Shown here: piece after piece, positions 1 through 8,740 of the stretch
Position numbering within the stretch: the first letter of the stretch is position 1
Layout of the letters: each line of letters starts with the position of its first letter
Assembly: GCA_963702025.1 (NCBI GenBank)
Contig: OY969699.1
Location: forward strand, 389,746-453,745
DNA: 64,000 nt
DNA from: an uncultured bacterium
GTDB lineage: Bacteria; Babelota; Babeliae; Babelales; Vermiphilaceae
Direction: 5' to 3'
Notes under the pieces: model-generated
The model's input: the letters and a program-made list of their open reading frames with translations, nothing else
Told to the model about the DNA's origin: nothing
Database searches by the model: none
Program-made: the position numbers and the translations under genes

Positions 1-8
1 GGCTAAAG

Positions 9-1193
9 GTGCTCCCGGCAGGAAACTACTTATTTTCGGTGGCCCCAGGGTCTTTTGAGATGCCTGCCGGCGATCGACGCTATGACCATGTTTGTTGGCT
101 CGCTTCACATAATGCTTATGCAGCTGAGCATTATGGCTATATTTATGCCAATCAAACATATACGTTTAGCGAACAACTTGAACATGGCGTTCGTCAATTT
201 GAGCTTGATATTGAAAAAAGATGCTGGGATAAAACGCTTGGGGTACTTGGTTCTTCAGGCTGCACAGTGAGTATGTGTCATGGTAGTTGTGAGGTTAACA
301 AATTTATTCAACCTAAAGTATCCGGCATCCTTGAAAAAACCGGTGATCCGTTGGGTATGAAAACGTCAGCTCTTGTAGTATTTAAAGATTTTTTAAATAA
401 ATACCCGGGTGAAATTATTACCATAACTATTGAAAATCGTGTTACTGAGCCGGGATTATTGGATAAACAATTTGAAGATGCCGGCGTTCAGGATATGGTG
501 CTCAAGCCAACTGATTGGAATCCTATTCAACAAAAAGGTTGGCCAACTTTGGATTGGTTAAGAAAAAACAATAAGCGCTTGATAGTATTTAATGATAAAG
601 AGGCCGCCGGACAAAGATTCAATACAAGCTTGCCATTTGCGGCTACCAAATATACCTATTTTCAATGGGCATGCTTTGCACAAAATCAATGGGCTGGTGC
701 TTCAGCAAAACGCCTCGAAGATGTTGCAATGTTAGAAAGAAAAGCATCCGAGAATCAAGGGCAGATCACTAAGTACCTATTTGAATTGGATTATTTTGCC
801 GATGGTGCCAAAATTATAGGAACGGTGCCAACTGATCTGATTGTTAAAATTGCCGGCGCACTTGGCAAACAAACTCCTTTTAGAGGCGACTACAGAGTTG
901 TTAATAATGCCGAATTGCGCAAATTGTTAGAGATGGTGCTCGCACGAGGATTAAGCACGGGTATTGCAAAGGGCCGTTATCCAAATTTTATAAAAGTTGA
1001 CTATATTGAAGAGGGAAATCCTCTTGCATTAGTAAATGAAATTAATGCAAAAGCAAATGATCCGGCAGTGCGTGAAATTATGTTTAGACCAATATTTTCA
1101 CCCGAGAGAGAACGCGAATACAATGCTGCCATTGCCGGTGGCATGAAGCCAATTGATGCGCTTAAAATGATGCGAGACAAATATAAGGTATAA
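9..1193 (+). CDS. PLC-like phosphodiesterase (PI-PLC X-domain-only, PLCXD-like); the frame is open to the window edge, so the 5' end may be missing
   Basis: 394-aa ORF. The pattern WLASHNAY...QLEHGVRQFELDI...SMCHGSC...YPGEIITITIENRV matches my recollection of X-domain-only PI-PLC-like proteins (plant/animal PLCXD type). Possible starts are GTG at 9 or ATG at 60. Confidence 0.5.
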   Translation: MLPAGNYLFSVAPGSFEMPAGDRRYDHVCWLASHNAYAAEHYGYIYANQTYTFSEQLEHGVRQFELDIEKRCWDKTLGVLGSSGCTVSMCHGSCEVNKFIQPKVSGILEKTGDPLGMKTSALVVFKDFLNKYPGEIITITIENRVTEPGLLDKQFEDAGVQDMVLKPTDWNPIQQKGWPTLDWLRKNNKRLIVFNDKEAAGQRFNTSLPFAATKYTYFQWACFAQNQWAGASAKRLEDVAMLERKASENQGQITKYLFELDYFADGAKIIGTVPTDLIVKIAGALGKQTPFRGDYRVVNNAELRKLLEMVLARGLSTGIAKGRYPNFIKVDYIEEGNPLALVNEINAKANDPAVREIMFRPIFSPEREREYNAAIAGGMKPIDALKMMRDKYKV

Positions 1194-1299
1194 AAAATTA
1201 AGCACAAATTTACCTTATAGATAAAAACATTTATATTGAATACTGTTCCTTACTAATTATTAATTTTTCTTCGCATTACTTTTTACGAGGTTTTTTACA

Positions 1300-2496
1300 A
1301 TGCTCTATAAATTTCGCTATGCCATTTTTGCTGTTTCATGTTTAGTTGTTGGATGGAGTGGCTATAAAGTTTACAATTATTTTTTTGATTACACAGTGCC
1401 CATCATAACGCTTGACGGTATTGAAAATGAGAATTGTTATGCGGGAGAAATTTCATGCAAGGTGGTGAGTAATAAAAAAGGTGATTTATCAGTGTGGCTT
1501 GATGGACAGCCGCTTATCAGTAACTATCGATTAAGCATGCGTGAACATGAACATCCATTTATTATCCCCTCAAAAACAATTAATAACGGTAAGCATACAA
1601 TCAAAATTGAACTTGTGGATGCGTCATTTGCAAAAAATAAAGTTCTTATTGAGCGACCATTTTTAGTTGATAACATTCCCCTGCAAGCAGCATTTGTGCG
1701 TTCAGAGGCAGATTATAAAGTGTTCCAAGGGCGCACGTTACATTTACAAGTTCAAGCGAATAAGGAAGTAAAAGAAGCAAAGGTGCGAGCCTTATCAAAT
1801 GAATTTGATTGTTTTCCTGAATCAAAAAATTCTTCAATTTATGAATGTTTTGTTCCTATATCTTGCGAAGAAGCCCCCAACGAATATTTGCTCAATGTTG
1901 AAATTGTGGATAAAGTTGGCAATGCGCTTAATTTAGAAAGCAAATTTCAAGTAGTTCTCTTTCCCTTTAAAAAGCAAACGTTGCAAGTAAGTGATGAAAA
2001 AATGACAGAAGAAAAAGCACTGGGAGCAGATTCAGCTAAACTTGAAATGGTGATGGAAGAATTATTAAAAAAATCACCGCATGATAAATTATGGCGCGGA
2101 CCATTTTGCACACCAATAGATGTTGCGCGTGTTACCTGTGATTTTGGCACTATCCGCACCACGCAAGAAAAAGGACGATACGCACATAAAGGTTTAGATA
2201 TTGCTAACGCACCACGCTCGGTGGTCTGGGCGCCGCAAGATGGCATAGTAGTACACAAAGAGCGTTACGCATTTTCGGGTAATACGGTGATTATTGATCA
2301 TGGATGGGGAATATTTTCTTTGTTCTTTCATCTTGATAATTTTGCCGATATTAATGTTGGCCAAAAGCTTGCAAAGGGTAATCCGGTGGGCACATTAGGA
2401 AAAACCGGTTATGCAACGGGTTATCATTTACATTGGGAAATGAGAGTGAACAATGTGCAAGTTGATCCGATGCAATGGACCAAGATAAGTTTTTAA
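1300..2496 (+). CDS. M23 family metallopeptidase (LytM/NlpD-like), N-terminal membrane anchor
   Basis: C-terminal HKGLDIA...DGIVV...GNTVIIDHGWGIFSLFFHL...GTLGKTGYATGYHLHWEMRVN is the canonical M23 HxxxD / HxH signature. Confidence 0.85.
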   Translation: MLYKFRYAIFAVSCLVVGWSGYKVYNYFFDYTVPIITLDGIENENCYAGEISCKVVSNKKGDLSVWLDGQPLISNYRLSMREHEHPFIIPSKTINNGKHTIKIELVDASFAKNKVLIERPFLVDNIPLQAAFVRSEADYKVFQGRTLHLQVQANKEVKEAKVRALSNEFDCFPESKNSSIYECFVPISCEEAPNEYLLNVEIVDKVGNALNLESKFQVVLFPFKKQTLQVSDEKMTEEKALGADSAKLEMVMEELLKKSPHDKLWRGPFCTPIDVARVTCDFGTIRTTQEKGRYAHKGLDIANAPRSVVWAPQDGIVVHKERYAFSGNTVIIDHGWGIFSLFFHLDNFADINVGQKLAKGNPVGTLGKTGYATGYHLHWEMRVNNVQVDPMQWTKISF

Positions 2497-2514
2497 AATT
2501 AGGAGAGTAGAAGA

Positions 2515-3048
2515 ATGAATGTAAAAAGTGCATATTGGTGGTTCTTGGCGCAGTCGATGCTGCGGTTGTATCTTTTAGCCTTAGCGCTGATTTTATGCGC
2601 CGGATGTTGCTGGTGGTATTTTGTATATCAACCATTAGCACGCTCGATAGTTTATGGAGAAAGAAACGTTGATCAACTTCTTGCCCAACTAGTTGTTGCC
2701 AAAAATAGCCGTCGTGAATTAGCAACACTTACCAAAAAAATTTCTGAATTAAAAAAAAGCTCCACTTTGCAATGGCAAAAAAAATCGGTTCATGAAATTC
2801 GCCAAGAATCATTAGCATTTCTTGCTGATAGCGCTCTTGAAGTTGGCATGCAGATCCAAGCATGTCGTTTGATGCAAGATCACACAAAAAATAAAATCAC
2901 TTTTACCAGTCAAGGAACTTTTGACCAAATTATTCTTTTTTTTGAAAAAATAAAAAAAGAGTCACAAATCTTTGGCTGCCAAATGATTCAAATAGCGCGC
3001 ACTACGGGCGAGGGAAACATTTTGCACGCCGTTTTTGAAATTGTTTAA
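2515..3048 (+). CDS. hypothetical membrane-anchored protein
   Basis: 177-aa ORF 18 nt after the M23 gene. It has one N-terminal TM helix followed by a coiled-coil-like stretch. No family recognised. Confidence 0.45.
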   Translation: MNVKSAYWWFLAQSMLRLYLLALALILCAGCCWWYFVYQPLARSIVYGERNVDQLLAQLVVAKNSRRELATLTKKISELKKSSTLQWQKKSVHEIRQESLAFLADSALEVGMQIQACRLMQDHTKNKITFTSQGTFDQIILFFEKIKKESQIFGCQMIQIARTTGEGNILHAVFEIV

Positions 3049-3058
3049 AAAATAAAAG

Positions 3059-3118
3059 ACCCTTCAACTGGATAGCTGAAGGGTTAGGGGGGTGAACAAT
3101 ACGAAGAAGTATTGTTCA
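3059..3118. terminator. two adjacent stem-loops between convergent genes (terminator-like)
   Basis: Hairpin 1 is acccttca-N10-tgaagggt (3059-3084). Hairpin 2 is tgaacaatac-gaagaa-gtattgttca (3093-3118). There is no strong T-run. The ggtga...cgaagaa core resembles the dispersed repeat family described in the findings. Confidence 0.35.
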
Positions 3119-3210
3119 TTAGGGACATTGTTAAAATTTTTATTTCATTGAAAAAATTCTTAGTTTGGGATGATCCTAGCAACCGGCACAAAAGTTGTCA
3201 AGAAAAAAAC

Positions 3211-4017
3211 TTATGCCGGTGCTAAGAAATCTTGAGCCGCTTTGCAACCGGATTTTGCCAAGCGGTATGCTTGCTCGTATAACAGTATGCGAAGAATTAC
3301 ATCAGCACAACTTTTTTGCCCGAGTTGAGCAAATGAACTCCAGCATAGTGTATGAAGTGAGTCCATACTGCCATTGATAATTCCTTTGCAAATATCACTT
3401 GAAAGCCATTCATTATTTATCCACGATTTTTGGCAAGATTGAACAGGCGAATTTTTTTGACGCGCAAGAAACTGCGCAGATAAATCCAATGCGGTTTGCA
3501 ATCCAATTGCTTGTGCCATGGCAAATGATATGTTGCATATATAATTATTTTGAGCAATGTAGGAAAGGCCCAAGCATGCTGCTGCAAACGTGCATTGAGC
3601 AGTCTTGCATAGCATAGGATTTTTCAATAACTTAGCAACGGTGCTATTTGCTTCTTCGCCCAAGGCATAACTTGTGCCGGATGCAATAGTTTGGACTAAT
3701 TCCGGATCACAAAAATCGCAACGGCTCAGAAGCAAAAATCCCGTTCCGGTGGTTAAGGCCCACCATGATACTTTGCTTGCAAGAATACTCACAATAACAG
3801 GAATTCCTTTAGTTTTGCAGACATCGGCACATAATTTCCCCGAAGCTTGTATATCTTCAAGTGATATCGTTTTGCCTTCAGTCAATAGTTCAGGAATTGC
3901 GCTTACGGTAAATTGTCCGGTAGCATTTAAGGGATCAATTACGGTTCCGGGTGCCATTGCAGATAGAGGAATGCTAAAAAATATTAGAAAAGTGAGAAAA
4001 AAATGTTTGAAACCCAT
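3211..4017 (-). CDS. hypothetical secreted protein
   Basis: ORF with a GGAGG RBS upstream of the ATG at 4017. Signal peptide MGFKHFFLTFLIFFSIPLSAMAP. No family recognised. Confidence 0.5.
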   Translation of the reverse strand: MGFKHFFLTFLIFFSIPLSAMAPGTVIDPLNATGQFTVSAIPELLTEGKTISLEDIQASGKLCADVCKTKGIPVIVSILASKVSWWALTTGTGFLLLSRCDFCDPELVQTIASGTSYALGEEANSTVAKLLKNPMLCKTAQCTFAAACLGLSYIAQNNYICNISFAMAQAIGLQTALDLSAQFLARQKNSPVQSCQKSWINNEWLSSDICKGIINGSMDSLHTLCWSSFAQLGQKSCADVILRILLYEQAYRLAKSGCKAAQDFLAPA

Positions 4018-4097
4018 AAAAACCTCCACAATTAGTTTTAGGTACTTTTAAGAATACCAGAAATATAATCATTGTCAAAAATTGACAAACAGAATTA

Positions 4098-5066
4098 TTA
4101 AACCAGCTTCCGGCTCAAAAAAAACGCTTTTACCTTCTCATTTTGCGCATAATCAGCAGGAGTTTTTTTATATTTATCTTCTAAAGAGCAGTCTGCCCCT
4201 TGTTCAAGCAAATACTCAATTACCTTAAGGTTTGGAGGCCAATGATACATTTTCTCTTCTTCCATTTTTTCAACTATTATATGCAATGGCGTGAGTCCAT
4301 CTTTATTCTGCGCGTCAACATCCGCACCCGCTTTACACAGTAATCGTATACTATCAAAATAAAAGTATCTGCATGCCTTGTGCAGAGCTGTTTCTTTATG
4401 TATATCGCATGCATTACTATTGGCACCATTTTTTAGGAGCCAAATAATAGCTTTTTTTCTGATCTGTGTGTTTCCTAATGCCATCCAAATGAGTGGTGTT
4501 TCATTATAGAGATTACGTGCCTCTATGTTGGCACCATACTGCTTAAGTATATCAGCAGCTTTTGTATCTCCTTGGAGTAAGCAATGAAAAAGTGCGGTAT
4601 TGTCAAGCATGGCATCGTCAGGATAATTCACATCCGCAATACCTTTTTCAAGCAGTGATTTTATGAGTGCTACTTTAGTTTCCTCTACCATCGCATAAGA
4701 CATGGCTAAATTCAAAAGGACTCTATTATCAATCTTGATAATATCAGACTGAATTTTTGTATAGTGCTTACCTAATTTTATAATCGGATAACTAAGAGAT
4801 AGATTTAGGAGAGCTATCAAAGGCATGGGCGCAATCTCTGAACTGATAACTACGAAATTTGCCAACCCTATTCCGGCACAAAAAAATGTGCCGGCTAAAA
4901 TCATGCCCTCTTTATCATGCTTAAAAAGAAATTTTGCAGCCTGAGCATAATTATAGGCTTCTTGCGCATATTCATGAATCATTTTTTTAGTATTATCAGA
5001 TAAAAAATTCATACCAAAAAAATGTGTTGGCAGTATCAATAATAAAATAAAAATGCTTTTTTTCAT
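4098..5066 (-). CDS. ankyrin-repeat protein with signal peptide/TM region
   Basis: Repeats such as TALHKACRYFYFDSIRLLCKAGADVDAQNKDGLTPLHI and ETPLIWMALGN...LLKNGANSNA. The start ATG overlaps the upstream gene's stop (ATGA). Confidence 0.85.
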   Translation of the reverse strand: MKKSIFILLLILPTHFFGMNFLSDNTKKMIHEYAQEAYNYAQAAKFLFKHDKEGMILAGTFFCAGIGLANFVVISSEIAPMPLIALLNLSLSYPIIKLGKHYTKIQSDIIKIDNRVLLNLAMSYAMVEETKVALIKSLLEKGIADVNYPDDAMLDNTALFHCLLQGDTKAADILKQYGANIEARNLYNETPLIWMALGNTQIRKKAIIWLLKNGANSNACDIHKETALHKACRYFYFDSIRLLCKAGADVDAQNKDGLTPLHIIVEKMEEEKMYHWPPNLKVIEYLLEQGADCSLEDKYKKTPADYAQNEKVKAFFLSRKLV

Positions 5067-5839
5067 GAATCTTTAAATTTTAAGAATTTTTTTGCTTCTT
5101 CTAATGTCTGCGGGCTGGCATAAGCCGGCGGATTCTTTTTGTGAATATCTTTAATTGATAATATAGCCCCCTGCCTGTTAAGCACTTCAATTAAATCAAT
5201 ATTACCTGTTTTAAATGCATAATGTGACGCAGTTTTGAACTCTGCGTTTTGTGCATTTACATTTGCGCCATTATTCAGTAGCCAGTGAATGCCAGTTTTG
5301 ACCTCCTGTGTAGTATGCATTTGAGAGAGTGTGATAAGCGCTGGCTCTTCATCGTTTGACGTTATATTAACTGGCGCATTGTATGCTTTAAGAAGATTTG
5401 CTATTTCAATATTGCCAGTTTTAAGTGCTGCTTTTAAGCATCGGTGACCGTAATCATTATTGAGATTAGTAAATTCATTATTTAATAATTTTTTTAATTC
5501 CCCAATTTGTTGACGAGCGGTACTACCATAGATTTGTAAGTGTAAATCTTTAATATATTGCTGCTTGGCATGAATTCCCATGTCTGCCCAAATATAGGAA
5601 AATAGACTAGAACTAACCAAAAAAAATGAAATTTCTAAGTAAGGTTCGGCAGGATGTACAGAAATGGCCTTAGAAAGAACGGCTAAAAGTATATAAGAGA
5701 AAAAAGTATTGCTGAAAGACTTTTTACAATTAAAGGCAAAGCCGTCTTTTAGATCTCTCCATGTTATTTTTTTAGTATTTTCCATGCTTGCCGATGGCAA
5801 AAAGAAAATTAATGGCAATAGCCAGGTATAATGCTTCAT
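5063..5839 (-). CDS. ankyrin-repeat protein with signal peptide
   Basis: Motifs LKTGNIEIANLLKAYNAPVN, LLNNGANVNAQNAEFKTASHYAFKTGNIDLIEVL. An ATG at 5839 follows an AGGAG RBS; the ORF-track start at 5857 is a TTG. Confidence 0.8.
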   Translation of the reverse strand: MKHYTWLLPLIFFLPSASMENTKKITWRDLKDGFAFNCKKSFSNTFFSYILLAVLSKAISVHPAEPYLEISFFLVSSSLFSYIWADMGIHAKQQYIKDLHLQIYGSTARQQIGELKKLLNNEFTNLNNDYGHRCLKAALKTGNIEIANLLKAYNAPVNITSNDEEPALITLSQMHTTQEVKTGIHWLLNNGANVNAQNAEFKTASHYAFKTGNIDLIEVLNRQGAILSIKDIHKKNPPAYASPQTLEEAKKFLKFKDS

Positions 5840-5853
5840 CAGTTTACTCCTTT

Positions 5854-6567
5854 TCAAACTCCGGCGATGAAATTTTTGATGGAAGGATAGGCACTTGGAT
5901 TTCTTGAAAGCTCAGCCGAGGGCGCAGTTTCAATAATTTTGCCATCTTTCATGAGATAAATGGTACAATCCAAACGTTCTAAAAGAGATGTGTCATGGGT
6001 GGCTACCAAAACAATGTACCCTTCTTTGGCTAGTTCTTGAATAATATTTGCAACGTAGGCAGTGAGCAATGGATCCAATGCGGATGTTGGCTCGTCAAGG
6101 CAAATAACTTTTGGTTTAAGCGCCAGGGTCCGCGCAAGCGCGAGCCGTTGCTTTTGGCCCCCTGATAGATCTGCCGGATAGGCATTTGCTTTATCAGCGA
6201 GCCCATAATGAGCAAGGAGTTGCAGTGCAATTGCTTGAGCCTCTTTTTTTGTTTTGTGGAGTGCCAGCTCGAGTGCTAAGGTAATATTCTCTTCAACGGT
6301 TAAATGATCGAATAAATTAAAGTTTTGAAAAACAAAACCAACCGTGTGTGTTTGATTTACGGTGCTTAATACTAGTGGTTTATTATTTAATTCAAATGAT
6401 CCGGCGTCAACGGTATCAAGGTTATTTAGAATGCGCAATAATGTTGATTTGCCAACTCCTGACGCGCCGAGCAAAACGGCAATTTCTCCCTTTTTTACCT
6501 CAAGAGAGATATCGTTCAAAATAAGTTTTTGGCCAAAACGTTTGGTGACTTGGTTAATTCTTAACAT
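5854..6567 (-). CDS. polar amino-acid ABC transporter ATP-binding protein (GlnQ/HisP-like)
   Basis: Walker A GASGVGKST, ABC signature LSGGQKQR, Walker B ICLDEPTSALD, H-loop ATHD. Confidence 0.9.
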   Translation of the reverse strand: MLRINQVTKRFGQKLILNDISLEVKKGEIAVLLGASGVGKSTLLRILNNLDTVDAGSFELNNKPLVLSTVNQTHTVGFVFQNFNLFDHLTVEENITLALELALHKTKKEAQAIALQLLAHYGLADKANAYPADLSGGQKQRLALARTLALKPKVICLDEPTSALDPLLTAYVANIIQELAKEGYIVLVATHDTSLLERLDCTIYLMKDGKIIETAPSAELSRNPSAYPSIKNFIAGV

Positions 6568-7213
6568 GACGATTCATCCTTTGTTCAAGCCAATTAATGA
6601 AAATTGAGAGTGTAGTGGTTATAACTAAATAAACGAGCGCGACTGCGGCAAACGAGCTGATTGCATCAAAAGTGCGACTTCGAATAAAGTTGCCCTCTTT
6701 GGTCAATTCAACAACACCAATTAACGAGGCCAAACTTGAATCTTTAATAAGGGTAACAAATTCATTGCCCAATGCCGGAATCACTACTCTAAATGCTTGG
6801 GGTAAAATAATAAAACGGGTTATTTGAATTGTAGAAAGTCCTAAAACTTTGCCTGCCTCAATTTGGCCCTTATCTACCGATTTAATGCCGGCTCGAATAA
6901 TCTGGCTCACATATGCTGCGCTGTTGAGACCAATAATGATTATGGCAATCCAAAACGGCGCAAGATTAATGCCCAGTTGCGGAAAGATAAAGGGGGCAAA
7001 TATAATTTGAATGAGCATTGGCGTTCCGCGAACAATAGTAACGTAGAGGGTTATTAACCAACGCAAGATTCTACTTTTACTTGTTTGACCAAGCGCTAAG
7101 AGGGTGCCCAAAAGTATCCCGATGGTGGCCCCAAGGCCGGCGATCTCTAAGGTAACAATTGCGCCGCGAATAAGAAGGGGGATTGAGTCTTTAATAAGTT
7201 GAAAATCTATCAT
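6554..7213 (-). CDS. polar amino-acid ABC transporter permease (HisM/GlnP family)
   Basis: Multi-TM protein with the EAG-loop-like motif IEAGKVLGLS...RFIILPQA. The start is taken at the ATG at 7213 (MIDFQLI...). The longer ORF-track N-terminus looks like read-through of the intergenic region. Confidence 0.85.
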   Translation of the reverse strand: MIDFQLIKDSIPLLIRGAIVTLEIAGLGATIGILLGTLLALGQTSKSRILRWLITLYVTIVRGTPMLIQIIFAPFIFPQLGINLAPFWIAIIIIGLNSAAYVSQIIRAGIKSVDKGQIEAGKVLGLSTIQITRFIILPQAFRVVIPALGNEFVTLIKDSSLASLIGVVELTKEGNFIRSRTFDAISSFAAVALVYLVITTTLSIFINWLEQRMNRHVKN

Positions 7214-7282
7214 TGTTTTCCTGTAAATTATACGATACCTTAATAGCCTAGTTAAATTCTGATTATTTTTAAAGAACTGATT

Positions 7283-7555
7283 ATGGTAATAGTAAAAACC
7301 AAGCCTACATTTAAACAAAGAGTTTTAGATATTGTTGCCCAAATTCCTGAGGGTAAAACAGTAACCTATGCCCAAGTTGCCCAGCTTGCAGGTAGCCCCG
7401 GCGCTTTTCGCGCTGTTGGCACCATCATGAGCAAAAATTATGACCCTGCAATCCCCTGCCATCGAGTGATTCGCTCTGATGGAACTTTGGGCGGCTACAA
7501 TCGGGGAGGCATTGCAAAAAAGCAAGAAATCCTAAACGCAGAAAAGTTAAAGTAA
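7283..7555 (+). CDS. MGMT/Ogt-family DNA-binding domain protein (short, 90 aa, active-site PCHR retained)
   Basis: IPEGKTVTYAQVA...AVGTIMSKN...IPCHRVIRSDGTLGGY is the methylated-DNA-protein-cysteine methyltransferase C-terminal domain signature. Confidence 0.75.
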   Translation: MVIVKTKPTFKQRVLDIVAQIPEGKTVTYAQVAQLAGSPGAFRAVGTIMSKNYDPAIPCHRVIRSDGTLGGYNRGGIAKKQEILNAEKLK

Positions 7556-7696
7556 TCTTCCGATAATTTTTTTCATAAGTGAATAATTGTTCGGAATTTT
7601 TTCTTGAAGCAAAGATGCAATAGCTTCATTATAACTATGGGAAGTAAGATTGCGATCGGTGATTCCATGCAATGCCCTCTTTTTGAATCGAAGCTT
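7547..7696 (-). pseudogene. C-terminal remnant of an HI0074-type HEPN (nucleotidyltransferase substrate-binding) toxin
   Basis: My translation of a second minus-strand frame gives KLRFKKRALHGITDRNLTSHSYNEAIASLLQEKIPNNYSLMKKIIGRLL*. It contains the HEPN Rx4-6H motif (RNLTSH). There is no N-terminal part, and it overlaps the 3' end of the MNT gene. Confidence 0.5.
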
Positions 7697-7952
7697 TCAT
7701 ATCATTGTTTATGCGATGCATGTCGACCACTTCAATTTTGTAGGGAATATTGGTTGCTTGGAATATGCTCATTATTTCATCAATGGCTGTTAAAGCCAGT
7801 GGCATGCCTGCATCGATTGCAATATCAATATCGGACCATTTGCTTGCAGTTCCTCGTGCCCGTGACCCAAAAAGATAAATTTTTACCTGCGGCAATAATG
7901 CATTGATAATATTAATAATTTTGTGTTTTGTTTCATTATCAATAGTATTCAT
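7635..7952 (-). CDS. MNT-type minimal nucleotidyltransferase (HI0073-like, antitoxin of HEPN-MNT modules)
   Basis: The motif LFGSRARGTASKWSDIDIAI (GSx10-12DxD) is typical of the NTP_transf_2 fold. The protein is 105 aa. Confidence 0.8.
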   Translation of the reverse strand: MNTIDNETKHKIINIINALLPQVKIYLFGSRARGTASKWSDIDIAIDAGMPLALTAIDEIMSIFQATNIPYKIEVVDMHRINNDMKASIQKEGIAWNHRSQSYFP

Positions 7953-7962
7953 ATTTTCCTTG

Positions 7963-8727
7963 TTATTCTAACCACTTCTTTTTGAGCATTTCCAATGTGC
8001 CGTCAGCAGCAATTTCATCAAGCGCTTTTTGAATCGGTTCTAGCAGTTCAGGATATTTTTTTGAAATGGCAATCGCGTATTCATCGCTGGTAGTGGGAAT
8101 TTCGGCCAATGAAAATTTTTCTTTACCATAATGATCAATAAATGATTTTATGCTGCTGCGCGCGGCAACAAATGCATCAACACTCTTATTCTCAAGTGCC
8201 ATAAACGCTTCAATAGGTGCGGCATATCGAACAAGTTCCGGCCCTTCAACCTTGGCCATATAATAATCAGCGGTGAAACCTTCATTCACAGCAACTTTTT
8301 TTCCCTTTAGTTGTTCAAGCGTGGTGAGTGGCTTGCTTGCCGGGCTAATAATCAAAAGTGGGTCACCTTGAATGTAGGGCTTAGTGAAATGTATGCGCAA
8401 TGCGCGATCGGGCGTCGGTGTTAAACCGGCGCCAATTACTTGGATTGAGCCGATTTGCAGTGCCGGAATCAACGCATCAAATGCCATGTCGCGCAATTCA
8501 ACTTTTTTGTTAAGACGTTTTGCAACTTCGTTAATAAGATCAATGTCAAAACCCACAACCGCGCCATCTTGTATAAAGCTAAACGGTGCATATTCGCTAT
8601 TTGTTCCAACAACAAGAATGTCATCATGCGCCGACGCATGAGCCGATGGCTCTCGGTGCGCCAAAAACCAAATAGCAAAGATACTGCCTAGCAAAGAGAG
8701 TGCTACGATAGGAACTATTTTATTCAT
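7963..8727 (-). CDS. polar amino-acid ABC transporter substrate-binding protein (SBP family 3)
   Basis: Signal peptide followed by LVVGTNSEYAPFSF...GFDIDL...GLTPTPDR...FTKPY, typical of family 3 binding proteins. Confidence 0.85.
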   Translation of the reverse strand: MNKIVPIVALSLLGSIFAIWFLAHREPSAHASAHDDILVVGTNSEYAPFSFIQDGAVVGFDIDLINEVAKRLNKKVELRDMAFDALIPALQIGSIQVIGAGLTPTPDRALRIHFTKPYIQGDPLLIISPASKPLTTLEQLKGKKVAVNEGFTADYYMAKVEGPELVRYAAPIEAFMALENKSVDAFVAARSSIKSFIDHYGKEKFSLAEIPTTSDEYAIAISKKYPELLEPIQKALDEIAADGTLEMLKKKWLE

Positions 8728-8740
8728 AAATAACCTTTAA

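Noticed and set aside
4060..4090. Inverted repeat ttgtcaa-aaa-ttgacaa as an operator site
   Set aside because: On the minus strand, one arm's TTGACA is followed 16 nt later by TATTCT. This is most simply the -35/-10 of the promoter for 3211-4017. The palindrome may be incidental, and no regulator gene is adjacent.
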